A DNA stretch of 53,799 nt, filler included, from Sluysia triapertura (taxonomy: Eukaryota), in the NCBI GenBank assembly GCA_046118255.1. It is 4 parts of 4 records of this genome, joined end to end, with 100 filler letters (N's around TTAATTAATTAA, not from the genome) between each part and the next. Parts side by side here need not be neighbours in the genome. Positions count along the whole stretch, not along the records: positions 16,084 to 29,726 come from JBJNIA010027948.1; positions 29,827 to 41,651 come from JBJNIA010166926.1; 2 more parts are not named here. One strand, given 5' to 3'. Position numbers and translations under genes: made by a program. Shown here piece by piece: positions 26,690 to 38,360 of the stretch. Below the pieces are notes generated by a model that had not been told where the DNA came from, searched no databases, and worked only from the letters and a program-made list of their open reading frames with translations. The first letter of the stretch is position 1, and each line of letters begins with the position of its first letter.

Positions 26690-27700
26690 TCAATGAAGTT
26701 AAATGAAAAATCAAGTATTTTATCAACTATGTTTCCTCAAAGATCTATAACTGAAACAAATTTTTCATTATTGCTTGAAGATAATGTCGAAGGATCGTTT
26801 AGAAAGGAAGTCATGAAACTATTGATACAATCAATGTCTATCCGAAATATAGTTATGATTTTTATTAATGAAGTATGTAGACAACAAGGCGTTGCAATTG
26901 ACATAAATGATAATGTATTTCAACCTATTAGTCACCACAACAATATTAAAAATCATGTTCAAAATTTAAAGACAGAAGAACATCGCATTTTATATTCCAA
27001 TTACGATCTTTTAATTTTAATTTCTTTTCTTTAGTTAATCATGACGTTAACATTGGTTCTTCTGAAGTCAGTCCTCCAATATGTGCAGGGATGTATCAGT
27101 ATTTTAACAAACTTATGTATAATATATTGATAGCATGCATTTGTTTAAAAACAATTAGACTTAATTTAGATTATATATTTAATAAATCTCCTTTAGTTTA
27201 TTTTTACTATTATATTTTTTCTATTAAGTATAATTCATTCTATAAAAGAATTTCTTTAATAATAAATTTTGATAAATATTTATTAATTATTAATTTCAAT
27301 AAATGCTATCTAAATAAACTTCTACAAAAGAACCATTATAAAGTACTAAATTTTAATGTATTGTTCATCTTGTCCATCATCTGGTGTACAACACAAACTG
27401 TAAGCGAAAAACGGGAGTATTGTGATTATACAGAAATGGATATACTTGATATTGAAACTGATTTACTAGACGAGAACAGCAATGTTACCATGAATTTGTA
27501 TGAATTCACTTTGATTTTTTTATAAATTCATATACTAAAGGTTAAAGAAAATCGAACAGAAACATAATTCGAAAGTGCTGATAAATGATCTGTTGTCGAA
27601 ACAAGAATTGCCAGATACTTCTTGAGAATTAATTAAAAGTAATGCTACAATTCTTCTGTACCAGATAATTTAAATCATGAGATTTCTTTCATGGGATATC
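26690..27700 (+). pseudogene. Decayed orphan coding region with upstream CCAAT-like boxes
   Basis: ORF fragments 26672-27034 and 27091-27525; ATTGG at ~26507 and ~26527. Confidence 0.35.
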
Positions 27701-27779
27701 AAATCTGAGATAAATTGTGTTATAAATATTAACATAATTTATAATATAAATTATAAATATTAATATAATTTAAAATTAA

Positions 27780-27963
27780 TTTGCTTGTGCACTTAAGAGT
27801 TTAGTCGCAAAAATTCCTAAGGATAAAAAGGAAATAACTCTAATTAGATAAATTTAAGAGTGGTTTAAGTCCAGAATTAAGAATTTACATAAGTTTAATA
27901 GATATACAATCCCTTAATGTAGTAGTCAGGAAACTAAGAGGTATTGAAAGATCCCGGAACTAA
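27780..27963 (+). mobile_element. gag: Ty3/gypsy gag (capsid C-terminal) fragment
   Basis: FACALKSLVAKI../DKFKSGLSPELRIYISLIDIQSLNVVVRKLRGIE matches the gag pattern F..GL..E.R......P.TL..AV..AR.IE; one frameshift. Confidence 0.6.
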
Positions 27964-29436
27964 AGCCCAGGGTATAATTTAAAAGATGAATCATTTAAGT
28001 ATAGAAACTATTAACTATTAACAAATTAAAATTCTGTTTGTGTTTCTTATTTGTGACAAAAATTCGTAACTGTAATTTCAACTAAACTTGTATTTTGCAA
28101 AAAGCATGTCCTTCGAATTATATCGTTTGGTGTTTTGGCTGTGAAAACTTTATTTTTTTTACCGATACTACACTATGGCTAATGATTTTCAAGTTTATTT
28201 CGTATATATAACCAAATTCTTTAATATAAGAATTTTAAGTCATTTTTTGAATATACCGAGATTACTAAAATGCTTTAATTTTATTATAAATTATAAATTC
28301 TCACAACTAATGAATTTAACCCTACTGCATTATAACTTCACAAAATATGACATAGTAGAAAATATAATAGATAAATTAAATGTTTGTTTAACTAAATAAG
28401 TCATAAGATATTTCAGTAAATTTATGTATATATCAGGGGTGGCCAAGCTCATAATTTTTCAAAATTTGAAATTTTTCGCTAGCCGCAATTAAATACGTAT
28501 TAAAAAAGTATTCAAAAAAGTATTAAAAATTTTTTTTCGATGACTTTATCATTCTTAACTTGGACGAAACTGAAATTTGTTACAACGTTACACTTAGTCT
28601 TTCATATTTGTTGTCAGTAATTTAATTAATTAATTAAACTTAACTTAGAGGGTCTCTTCTAAACTTAAATTAATCTTCGATTTTTTTGCTTGAACTCAAA
28701 TAGTTTTCTAATATTAAAAGACAATAAAAAATGTTAACGACTATAATTTAAGTATTAAATAAATTAATGATAGAGTGTTGATAGACCTTGCAGATGCTTC
28801 AGATAAGTTTGGAAAACCGCGGAAGGCATTAAAGTAGAATTTGTGAACCTTGAGATCATCTAAGACTTCACTAAACTTTATAAATCTTTGAGACTCTGAT
28901 AAGCGTTTTAGATATTTTGCTAATGTTTTTTCTTAAATTAACTACCGGCAATTTAAATTATAATAATCAGGTTCGCCTACCGTTAACGGTTTATGCCTAG
29001 CGCGACGTTACGCAGGATTTTATATGTATTTTAATGAAGCTCTATAAACTTCTGATCAACTTAATTTATTAACGCGTCTTTTTTGGCCTAACGTAAGTAA
29101 TCTTCTGATGTGTTAATAAACTTTCTAAGAGTGTCTAAAGATTTTCCTTTCTTAAGTGGGTGTAATTTAATGTTTATAAAACTTATAAAATTGTTTTTAT
29201 CTTCTTATTCTTACTGTACTTTGATTACGTTACAGGGTTAGAATCTATCAGTTATTATTATACTTAAACAATTCCGTATTATCCTGACTTTTAGTCACTC
29301 TAAATTTTTTGATAAAAAATTAATTCTTTATTAAACCAATTAATGAAGCAACTCTAAATTCTTAATAACAGTGATGCTGTAAAACTGAATAATTGATACT
29401 TTACAATACGGCGGATTTTAAAATGGCGATTCGCAT

Positions 29437-29515
29437 TGTAGGGAAATCATATCAAAATATCCATCACATAAAAACATCAATTAAACGAACTACTAGACTC
29501 ATTCAAAAAATAAAC
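29437..29515 (+). repeat. Dispersed repeat; direct copy at ~41546-41650
   Basis: tgtagggaaatcatat..catcacataaaaacat..attaaac.aactacta.actcattcaaaaaa in both; both copies lie next to or near contig ends. Confidence 0.75.
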
Positions 29516-29726
29516 AACCATTGTACATAATTATCATGAACTATAGCTATTGTTGTTATAATTCCAGTCGTATTAAAATATATTAGGATTATTGTCGTAT
29601 AATATAATTGCCAGGATTGTCACATAATAACTGTCATATCAATATCATCAATACCATTATTTTATTATTTCGTCATTATTATTTCTTTATCCTTATTATC
29701 AACCTTTCTTTTTATTCTTTTGTTTT

Positions 29727-29826
29727 NNNNNNNNNNNNNNNNNNNNNNNNNNNNNNNNNNNNNNNNNNNNTTAATTAATTAANNNNNNNNNNNNNNNNNN
29801 NNNNNNNNNNNNNNNNNNNNNNNNNN
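29727..29826. other. Assembly join with TTAATTAATTAA linker
   Basis: 44 N + 12-mer + 44 N. Confidence 0.95.
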
Positions 29827-30077
29827 TTATTGTTATTAATTACATCTTTGTTTTATTACTGTTTGTTTTTTTTAATGAAATAACGAGTTTTGTTAAGATT
29901 TTAAATTCCTTATTTATTTCAGGCCTTACGTCTATTTTGTTAAATTTAATAAAAATATGTTTGAGTTTAGGTTTAATTGTAGTTAATTTAATTCAGATAG
30001 TTTATGATAAAAAGTTAAGAATAAACAAAATTAGTCCATTGATTCATAATTTCAAATATTTCTTGCCCTCCACAGTA

Positions 30078-31563
30078 AGAACTGCAGATAATGTATTATT
30101 AAGTAGTACTTGCGAAAGGGGTTCAATAGAATACGAAGGCAAAATTTATAACAATGTAGTAGCACAAGAAACATACGTTGTATATCTAAGATCTTTCAAT
30201 GAAAGTTTCGATTTAGAAAAAGGAACTATGATGTCATGACCATAATGTAATAGTGACCAAACTAGCTATGATACTGGTGAGCCAAACTAATATATGAATT
30301 AGAAAAATTCCAATGTCCTCTATATTTCTAAAACAAATCAAATTTAATTTAGTTTCTTGATTTATGTATTAGGATGATGACGAGTTAGCAGTAGAAGAAA
30401 TAAATAAAAAACAATTTTACAAAGACAATTTAGATTAAACACAAAGAAAACGAATTAATGAAGTAGAAACACCTTTGTTACTAATTGTGAATAAAGAAAA
30501 AGATGAATTAATATTTGTTTCAAAAAGTCACTAGGAAATTCCAGAAACAAATTACCAAAGTATTTATTTGTCTGAAAACAAGATAATACAAGCCAAAAAA
30601 GTCATAGATACAAAGAATTTGAAACTAAATACGTATTTCAATAATAAACTAGACTTTTATTGCCATTTAGGATTGATATCGCTTGAAAAAGTTTATCAAG
30701 CAATGATAACAAGATATTGTCAATGAAATAAAGAAATCTTAAGGACTAAATTAGCAGTAACAATTACTAACACAGATCTTGTAGCACCACTACTTCCTTT
30801 AGAAGAAGAAGTATTTGGTAGATTAATGGGTGAAGTCTTATATACTTATAAATGTAAAACATTTGAAGTACAAATCAGACAAGAAAATCATTTTACCAAC
30901 GAATTACCAGTTACATACAAAAATCAGCCAACTTACCTAGAACCAGTGCCAAGAATAATAATACCAAATAATAAACTGAAACAGAAAATATTACATTATT
31001 CTAACGTGATGGCACCAGAATGCAAAATTGATGATAATTTATGGATATCATTGCCTCACCGTAGTCAAGTAAAGAGATAATTTGATTAATAGAATTAAAA
31101 TCAAAATTAACATTCTCAGCTAAAAAGAATATTCCAAGATCGGGAATATATTCAAATGAAGATATTCAAGCAGCTTGATATGAAATATTATTTCCTATCA
31201 AAAATTGTTAACAGAAATTGTTGATAAAGCAGTAGTAAAAACAAATGGCAAAATAAATTTTGAATTACTACTAGGACCAGATCATTAAAAAAAGCTGCAT
31301 ATAATACATTAAAACAGATATGTGGAAGTTTCTTGTTATTAGGAAAAAATATCATGCTTTACTTGGAAACTAATATAGGATGTTTTCTTTTTTGGCTAAA
31401 TTTATCTTACATCATCATGCACATTCTCATTTAAATGCTCTTAAAACGAAAGAAAACAAACAGAAGAAATAGCATTTCAAACAATTAACGTTGAAACAAT
31501 AGAAAAAATAAATGAGCTAAAACAAAATTTATCCATCAAAAAATGTGATTTACATGATCTGTG
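30078..31563 (+). pseudogene. env: Chuvirus-like envelope glycoprotein (N-terminus missing)
   Basis: CERGSIEYEGKIYNNVVAQETY..; LNTYFNNKLDFY..LEKVYQAMITRYCQ*NKEILRTKLA..DLVAPLL..GRLMGEVLYTYKCKTFEVQIRQ..NELPVTYKNQPTYLEP..RII..W. This matches the recalled chuvirus G pattern (NVVVQ; Y.NSK..Y; LY......C..E...L; GEV....KC..VEV; ELPV; L.P.TRI). Confidence 0.7.
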
Positions 31564-31583
31564 AAAATAATAATTATAATAGT

Positions 31584-31900
31584 GCGGGAAGACAAATGGT
31601 AGATATGAAAATTAATGGAAGAATGTTATAAGCATTGGCAGATACCGGAGCAGTTGATTCTTTAATAAGTGAATCAAAATTAACTACAAAAGAACTTAAT
31701 AATCTATCTAAACAACAATCTTATTTAACAGGAGTAACTGGAGATGAAATTGAAATTCTTGGAGTATTAAAAGTACTGTGAAATTAGAAAAAATACCATT
31801 GAAATTAAATGCAGATTAATGAGAAAATGTCCTGAAGATATGATAATTTGAATGGATGTGTTGTCACAATTAAAAGGAGTCTTATTAGACTTTAATAAAT
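31584..31900 (+). pseudogene. Retropepsin aspartic protease 1
   Basis: VDMKINGRML*ALADTGAVDSLIS..LTGVTGDEIEILG..CPEDMII*MDVL; DTG at 31641. Confidence 0.85.
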
Positions 31901-32419
31901 CAAGATTAGTGAATAGCTATATTGATCGACCAGTTGATGACGATGATGTTGTATTAAAGGAACCTCATTGGATATTGAGTCGAACTGAATATATTATACC
32001 GGGTAAAACAAATAGTCTCAGGAACGGCCCAATAATGTTTATTTCTTCAAAGAATAATCAAGAAAAGTTGCATAGTGGAATAGCAGACTTCCTCTGAAGA
32101 ATCCGCGATGGAAATATTCCAATATGAATAATAAATTATACAGAAGAAAATAAATGGTTTTATGCAGGAAAAAAATTAGGAAATAAAGTAAGTTATAAGT
32201 TAGATACTCAAATAAATTTAATATCAAATAGTAATAGTGATAACCAAAAAAGTAAAAATATCAAATTACAAAGAAATATAGATACCGACCTTGATGATTA
32301 TGAAGAGATAAAAATCGAAAACAAAAATGTAACAAAAATCAAAAGGAATTATTATATAAAGTTATTTATCCATATCCTTGGGCAATAGCCAGAAATAAAT
32401 ATGATATAGGTAATTCGGT

Positions 32420-33059
32420 AATAATAAAGCATGAAATTCCATTACTAGAAGATATAGAAAGAAACCATATCATATACCTTTGTGCAATCAACAAGAAATG
32501 AAAATCAAATTGAAACAACGAAAAAAGCGAGAGTTATTCGACAAAGTTTGTTACAATTCTCTTCGCTAGTATTATTAGTTAAAAAAGAAGGAACTATGAG
32601 ATTTTGTATCGATTTTAGAGAATTAAATAAAATCACAAGGAAAGATGTATTTCAATTGCCACAAATGGATGAAATGTTGGATAAATTAGGAAATTCTAAA
32701 TATTTCACTACTTTAGATCTTCAAAGTGGTTATTGGCAAATTGAAATAGCAGAAAATGACAAACATAGAACAACTTTTCATGTGGAGATGAATTATACGA
32801 ATGTGAAAAAATGGCATTTGGATTAACTGGCGCGCCAGCAACATTTCAAAGATGTATGAATTTTGTTGTAAAAATGTAATAGTATAAATTGACGATATAA
32901 TAATATTTTCAAAAGATTTTAACGCAGACGTAGTAGATATCAACAATACTTAAAAACGATTAGAAGTAGCAAGATTAAAAATAAAGTCAACAAAATGTGT
33001 TCGGGCATAAGAACAAGTAGAATTTTTGGGAAATGTAGTTTCAAAAGAAGGTATAAAAC
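32420..33059 (+). pseudogene. pol: Gypsy reverse transcriptase, N-terminal part
   Basis: LVKKEGTMRFCIDFRELN..YFTTLDLQSGYWQI..MAFGLTGAPATFQRCM..V*IDDIIIFS..KC..VEFLGNVVSKEGIK. Confidence 0.95.
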
Positions 33060-34248
33060 TATTCAGCTTTTTAAATAAAACTATAACAATTATGATATTA
33101 TCATTTATCTGGATCCTCCTGTGATATACGATTGACATCTCACGGAAAACGTATTCACAGGATGTCAAATGTCATATAAACTACGTTTAAAGTTCCTTAA
33201 CTCCTTTAATGCAACTTATTCTAATATTCTTTGTAAATTAAATAATCGTTTAACGCAATTCTTTATTTATGAAAAGGATTAATTATGCAATTTAAAATTT
33301 TTTTAAAGTTTAATTCTTAAGAGACAGTAAAATCACACGATAAAAACAAATTTTACTATAAATTTTACTATTTATTATAACTTATCAAAATACTAGAGAT
33401 ATAAAACTGTAAAATCTATACAAATATTTATATATATAAATAAATTCAGGATTACTCCTTAAACAAAATTTTCAGATTTTGAATTAGATTTTAACTCAGG
33501 CGAATGTCTGAGTGTAATATAAATGATTTTGAGTCGATTTTGATGAAAAAAATATCAATGCAAAACCTTAAAGAAAAATAGCATACTTATTCATGGGATT
33601 ATGGTATGAATTATTTCTGCGACAAGCCAAATACTGATCTAATCCTCTAGTAGCAAACTGACGATTTCTTCGAAAAAATTATTTCTTGGAGTAATACGAA
33701 TAATCTCTTCCAAAAGATTTGAATATCAAAATTTTCTTTAAATAACGTGTAACGATTAATCCTTCGGCGTATATAAATGTCAAAACGTTCTAAGTTTTTT
33801 AACTTTTGTTTTTGATTTATATATGTATTTCAATTTACTTTGCCGACTAGTAATAAAATTGTTTGTATTTTAATTTTTTAGCGATAAAATTATTTATGTT
33901 AATTTTATTTTCGTCTTTAGCGATAAAATGAAAATAAATTATTTAATAAAAATGGAATAAAAATAAATCAGTGTTCTTTCTTTATTAATTATTTTCTAAA
34001 TTAATCATTTCATAATCTTTTTTAAATTAAACAATTTTACGAAAATAATAACAGACTTATTTTAACTATTCTTACAAATTTTATCATTTAATGTATTTAC
34101 AATAATAATAATTATTTACGTTATTTACAAAAAATCAATTAATTAATTTATAAAAATAATGAAATTAATAAAATTAACGTTATTTACAGTTTCAGTGATT
34201 AATTATTGAAAATGACAAATAATGAATAACATAAATTTACATATTTAC
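33060..34248. mobile_element. 1.19-kb nested insertion splitting RT, with target-site duplication
   Basis: AAAAC at 33055-33059 and 34249-34253; removing the insert and one copy restores GGT ATA AAA CCG AAT CCA (GIKPNP). Confidence 0.85.
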
Positions 34249-34860
34249 AAAACCGAATCCAAGAAATATAAAAAAGGTTGTAAAGTTTCCACAACTCGTT
34301 AACATTAAAAAGACACAAAGTTTTCTAGGATTGTCAAATTACTACAAGAGATTCGTAAAAGATTTTGCAAAAATTGCTTGACCAAATGCTCACAAAAAAA
34401 AACGTAACATTTAAATGGACTGAAGAACAAACTAAAGCATTCAAAAAATTAAAAGAAAAGTTAACAACAGCTCCAATTTTAATGTTTCTGGATATAAGCA
34501 AACCATTCATATTAACAACGGATGCAAGTAATTTTGCTGTAAGAGCAATATTGGGACAGAAAAGTAAAGATAACTTAGAAGGAGTAATGGCATATGCAAG
34601 TAGAAGATTAAATAAGGCAGAGTTGAATTACTCAACAATAGAAATAGAATGAGTATGCTTGTAAAGTACGTGCTTGTAAATTATTTAGACATTATCTATT
34701 AGGTCAAAAGTATATTTATATACAGATCATAAGCCATTGACCTACTTGTACAACCACAGAGATGAAGTAAATCGTTTAAATAGATGGTTCACCAAGTTAG
34801 CAGAATTTTATCTACAAATAATATATAAACCTGGTGCAGATTGCATGTCTTGTCTAACTA
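34249..34860 (+). pseudogene. pol: RT thumb/connection and RNase H
   Basis: QSFLGLSNYYKRFVKDFAKIA..FKWTEEQTKAF..PFILTTDASNFAVRAIL..AYASRRLNKAELNYSTIE..YTDHKPL..RLNRW. Confidence 0.95.
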
Positions 34861-35029
34861 ATATAGACGAACAAAGAAATGTAAACTTTATTCAAATAAT
34901 GGCTATATCAGGTAAAATTGAAGAACCGAAAGAAATCATTAAAAATCAAAGAAAAGACGAGGAAATGACAATATATATTTGAAGCAATAGCCAAGGGATT
35001 ATTAAGTGAAGAGCAAGCTAAGAAATTAG

Positions 35030-36140
35030 CAATAACTAACGGAATACTACGTTTTAAAGATTCTAAAGATGATTGGAAAACAGTAATACCTAAATCGTTG
35101 ATAACTCCTTTATTAATTCAATTTCACGATGGCCAATTAGGTGGACATTTATTCACAAGAAAAACGTAAACAAGAATTAAGAATAAATATTATTGGGATA
35201 ATGTGGATGAAGATATAAAAATTAGTGTAAGAATTATGCAGTTCGTTGCAGAAGAAAGAATACTGGAACGAAAACCAAGGTACCATTGAAACCAATGTCG
35301 ATTCAACTCTCTCCAATGGAATTTACTGTAGTGGATATAATGGAACCATTGCCAGAAACAATTAATGGAAATAAATATATAATTGAATGTGAGGATTATT
35401 TAATAAAATGGCCTGAAGCTCATCCAATATCAAATCAGAAAGCTGAAACAGTAGCTGAAACAGTAGATATATTAGTTGAGAAAATAATATATCTATATGG
35501 AATGCCTAGAAAATTATTAACCGATCAAGGAACTAATTTCACTAGTGATGTATTAAAGGCAGTCACTAAAATATTTAATATTCTGAAAATATATACTTCA
35601 CCATACCACACACAGACATATGGAATGGTAGAAAGATTTAACAGAACTTTAATAAATGTGCTTCAATCGTATGTGAATGAAAGACACAAATATTGGGATC
35701 TTTATATGGCTCCGTGTTTATTTGCATATAAATGTGAATATTCCTGATGATTTAGAATGGATATCACCATCATCTCAATGCCTAGAAACACCTGAATATG
35801 TAACTATTATGAGAGAAAACTTACAAGAATCATGTAAACGCGCACGTTTACAAATACGCTATGTTCAAGAAACTTATAAGGATAATTATGACAAAAAAGC
35901 GAAAGCACATAATTTTGAAATAGGAGATATAGTATTAGTGGATTATCCAATAGTGAAACCAGGATATTCTCCAAAATTACTTGAACAATTCAAGGGACCA
36001 TATGAAGTAATGAAAATAACGTCTACTAAATGCTGAAAATTTTGTAATACATGTAAATCGGTGTAAGTTAGCACCAAAAGATGAATATAATCTAAGAAAT
36101 AGAAAAGTTACAAAACGTATCTTAAAATTAAAGCTAAGAT
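35030..36140 (+). pseudogene. pol: Integrase (zinc-binding region, core, GPY/F tail)
   Basis: FHDGQLGGH..YYW; VDIMEPLPET..KWPEAHPI..YGMPRKLLTDQGTNFTS..TSPYHTQTYGMVERFNRTL; FKGPYEV..VIHVNR..YNLRNR. Confidence 0.95.
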
Positions 36141-36206
36141 AGAGTCAAACCAACTCAACTATATGTAGATTAACCAACAAAGAAAATCACAGAAAGTGAA
36201 ATAAAA

Positions 36207-36578
36207 ATGATACCTTCTTCATTCAATTTACAAAGTCACCTAATGCAAAGTGTAAAATTTAATCAAAGTTGGATGATAGCAGTTATAGACACTGGCTCTA
36301 ATAATACAATGATAAATTATTATAAGTTAAACGCTTTGGAAGTACTAATGATTCAAGATGTTGGATTAAGATTATTCACAGTAGATGGATCAATTATAAG
36401 ATTTAATGGAATGCTACAATGCCAATTAACTATTTTAGATTTAGATGTATTTATACTAATAGTAGTTTGGGATGTTTGCCCTTATGAAATAATAATAGGT
36501 ATGGACGTTATAAGTAAATTAGAAAATATTGTCAGTCATGGTAGATTAGGATTTCTAAAGATGCCAACAAATGCATAA
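36207..36578 (+). pseudogene. Second retropepsin-like aspartic protease, downstream of integrase
   Basis: MIAVIDTGSNNTMIN..RLFTVDGSII..G..CPYEIIIGMDVISKL; both the DTG and IIGMD motifs are intact. Confidence 0.85.
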
Positions 36579-37375
36579 ATATCTTTACCACAAATCGTAT
36601 TACCATCAACATTGAACGGAATATCAAAACATAGTAATTATTCACCAAGACCACCTACACCTAGACTGGTGGGATAGGGACATCAACATCTGGATCATCA
36701 GATACATCAGGAATAGAAACTAATAATGGTAATGGTGATTACAGTAATAGTGATAGTAACAGTAATATAATGTTAATGACAGGAATATGGAATAATGAAT
36801 CTTTATATTATTACTCTAATATTATTATTTATGCAATTAATAACAATGATAACTTCGTATCCACTAATGTAGTATACACTAATACTACACAAGGACTATT
36901 TGTAGAAAATACTTTTAATCGATATTGGTCAATAGAGTTGGTTATAAAAAACGAAATCCCAAAATAGTACTTAATAAAACCACCTTCAGACATAAACAAT
37001 ATTTACTACTGCGAACACTCAATGTATTATAATACGATTTTAGCAATTTCATTACATAATAATAAGTCTCAAATGGAATATTTTAAAGATGTGTTTAAAA
37101 ATGTTAAATACCATAATATTATTATTGAAGAATGCAGTCCACCATTAATGAGTCAACCAATAATAATCGAAACAAAGAGTAACACTATCAATGCAAATAA
37201 TACTACATCAATTAAACAGAAAGGAGATAATAATTATAACTTTTTAATAATACTTGCAATATTTACTTTCCTTTATTTAATGTCTTCAATTTATTATATA
37301 ATTATTTGTAAAAAGACATTAAAAACCTCAAATATGAGAAAAGATATAATGTTATTAGTGTTGTTATCAATAATG
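36579..37375 (+). pseudogene. Continuation of the PR2 frame: Pro/Ser/Thr linker, unknown domain, transmembrane helix, second hydrophobic stretch; truncated at a SINE-like copy
   Basis: Reads on through TAA (36578), one frameshift (~36675) and TAG (36967); FLIILAIFTFLYLMSSIYYIIIC-KK, then IMLLVLLSIM. Confidence 0.6.
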
Positions 37376-37425
37376 ACCCACTGAGCTATCAGCCCCGTCT
37401 AACAATTTTATTTTATTATAGTCAA
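37376..37425 (-). mobile_element. Fragment of the leader + tRNA-like repeat
   Basis: Reverse complement reads ttgactataataaaataaaattgttagacggggctgatagctcagtgggt. Confidence 0.8.
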
Positions 37426-37808
37426 AATTTAAACATCGTGTGTTAATAATATTATGTTTTGATAAATTATATTGAAATTTGACTCGAAATTGTTACATTT
37501 AGACAAATTTATTAAAAGAGTTTATTTATTTGAGTTTGATAACCTTAAGAAATTTTGCACTATAAAAATGTAATCATATTTAATTAAATTAATCTCAACT
37601 TTATTATTTACCAAGGAAATACAAAAATAGACACTTAATTGATTTATTTTACAAAAATTTGTAATAGTCATTTAAATTTTGCTGTGGCCTAATCATTTTC
37701 TGAGCATGCCTCACCATATCGAAAATTGAGGTTCTAAAAAAATATAAACAGTATAAATATACAATTTAATTTATATAAGAATGAGTTAAACTGAAATCTA
37801 GTGTTGCT

Positions 37809-38360
37809 TTAAAATTCTTTTGGTTCCTCCAGTCTAATGGTGATGATGTCACCATTAATAGTAAGGCACAGATGATCATTGGAATTCGATGTTAAACTAA
37901 AAAGATCCTTAATTTCAAAAGTTTCGTGATCATAGACACAGTTTCTGCCATATCTGGAAAACTCATCATTCTCCATTCTACCATGCAAGCATAAACCATG
38001 TTTATAATATTTGCATTGATGGACAACAGATTGTAAATTTTTACGCGAAGATATGTTGTCAGTCATTGTTTCTACTTTTGTCATGTTTATTACTAATGGT
38101 ATGATTTTACTTGTGATCACATAAGAGTCGACGTCAATAGGGACATGCATACTTTATCTACTTTCATCATGATATACATTGAAGTATTAAGATGATGTAT
38201 CTATTTGTTTTATTTGAAAGTCATGAGATATTTCAGTGAATTTTAATTCTATAATTGGTTCTTTAACGAATTCTAATATTTTAAACTCTAAGCCACCAAA
38301 TTGTATGATTAACAAGAATCTTAACGATATATTATCCAAAAGTTCATGTTTAGATAGCAT
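37809..38360 (-). pseudogene. Orphan intronless ORF with a CCCH-like zinc finger; two in-frame stops upstream of the tracked ORF
   Basis: ATG at 38360 is in frame with ORF 38150-37809; CKYYKHGLC-x16-CVYDH. Confidence 0.45.

Larger units (their letters stand above)
30078..37375 (+). mobile_element. Decayed Ty3/gypsy LTR retroelement internal region: glycoprotein-PR-RT-RH-IN-PR2-TM; no LTRs seen
   Basis: Collinear same-strand domains in gypsy order (RT-RH-IN); see component features. Confidence 0.9.

Noticed and set aside
28434-28450. hAT-like terminus CAGGGGTGGCCAA (also a piggyBac-like AAAGGG|TTAA at ~41819-41828 and a hAT-like end at ~47195-47216)
   Set aside because: Single short termini with no partner TIR or TSD identified; too little to annotate.
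27780-31563. A single gag-env-pol element spanning 25.4-37.4 kb
   Set aside because: An artificial contig join at 29727-29826 and unrelated repeats lie between gag and env, so linkage cannot be claimed.
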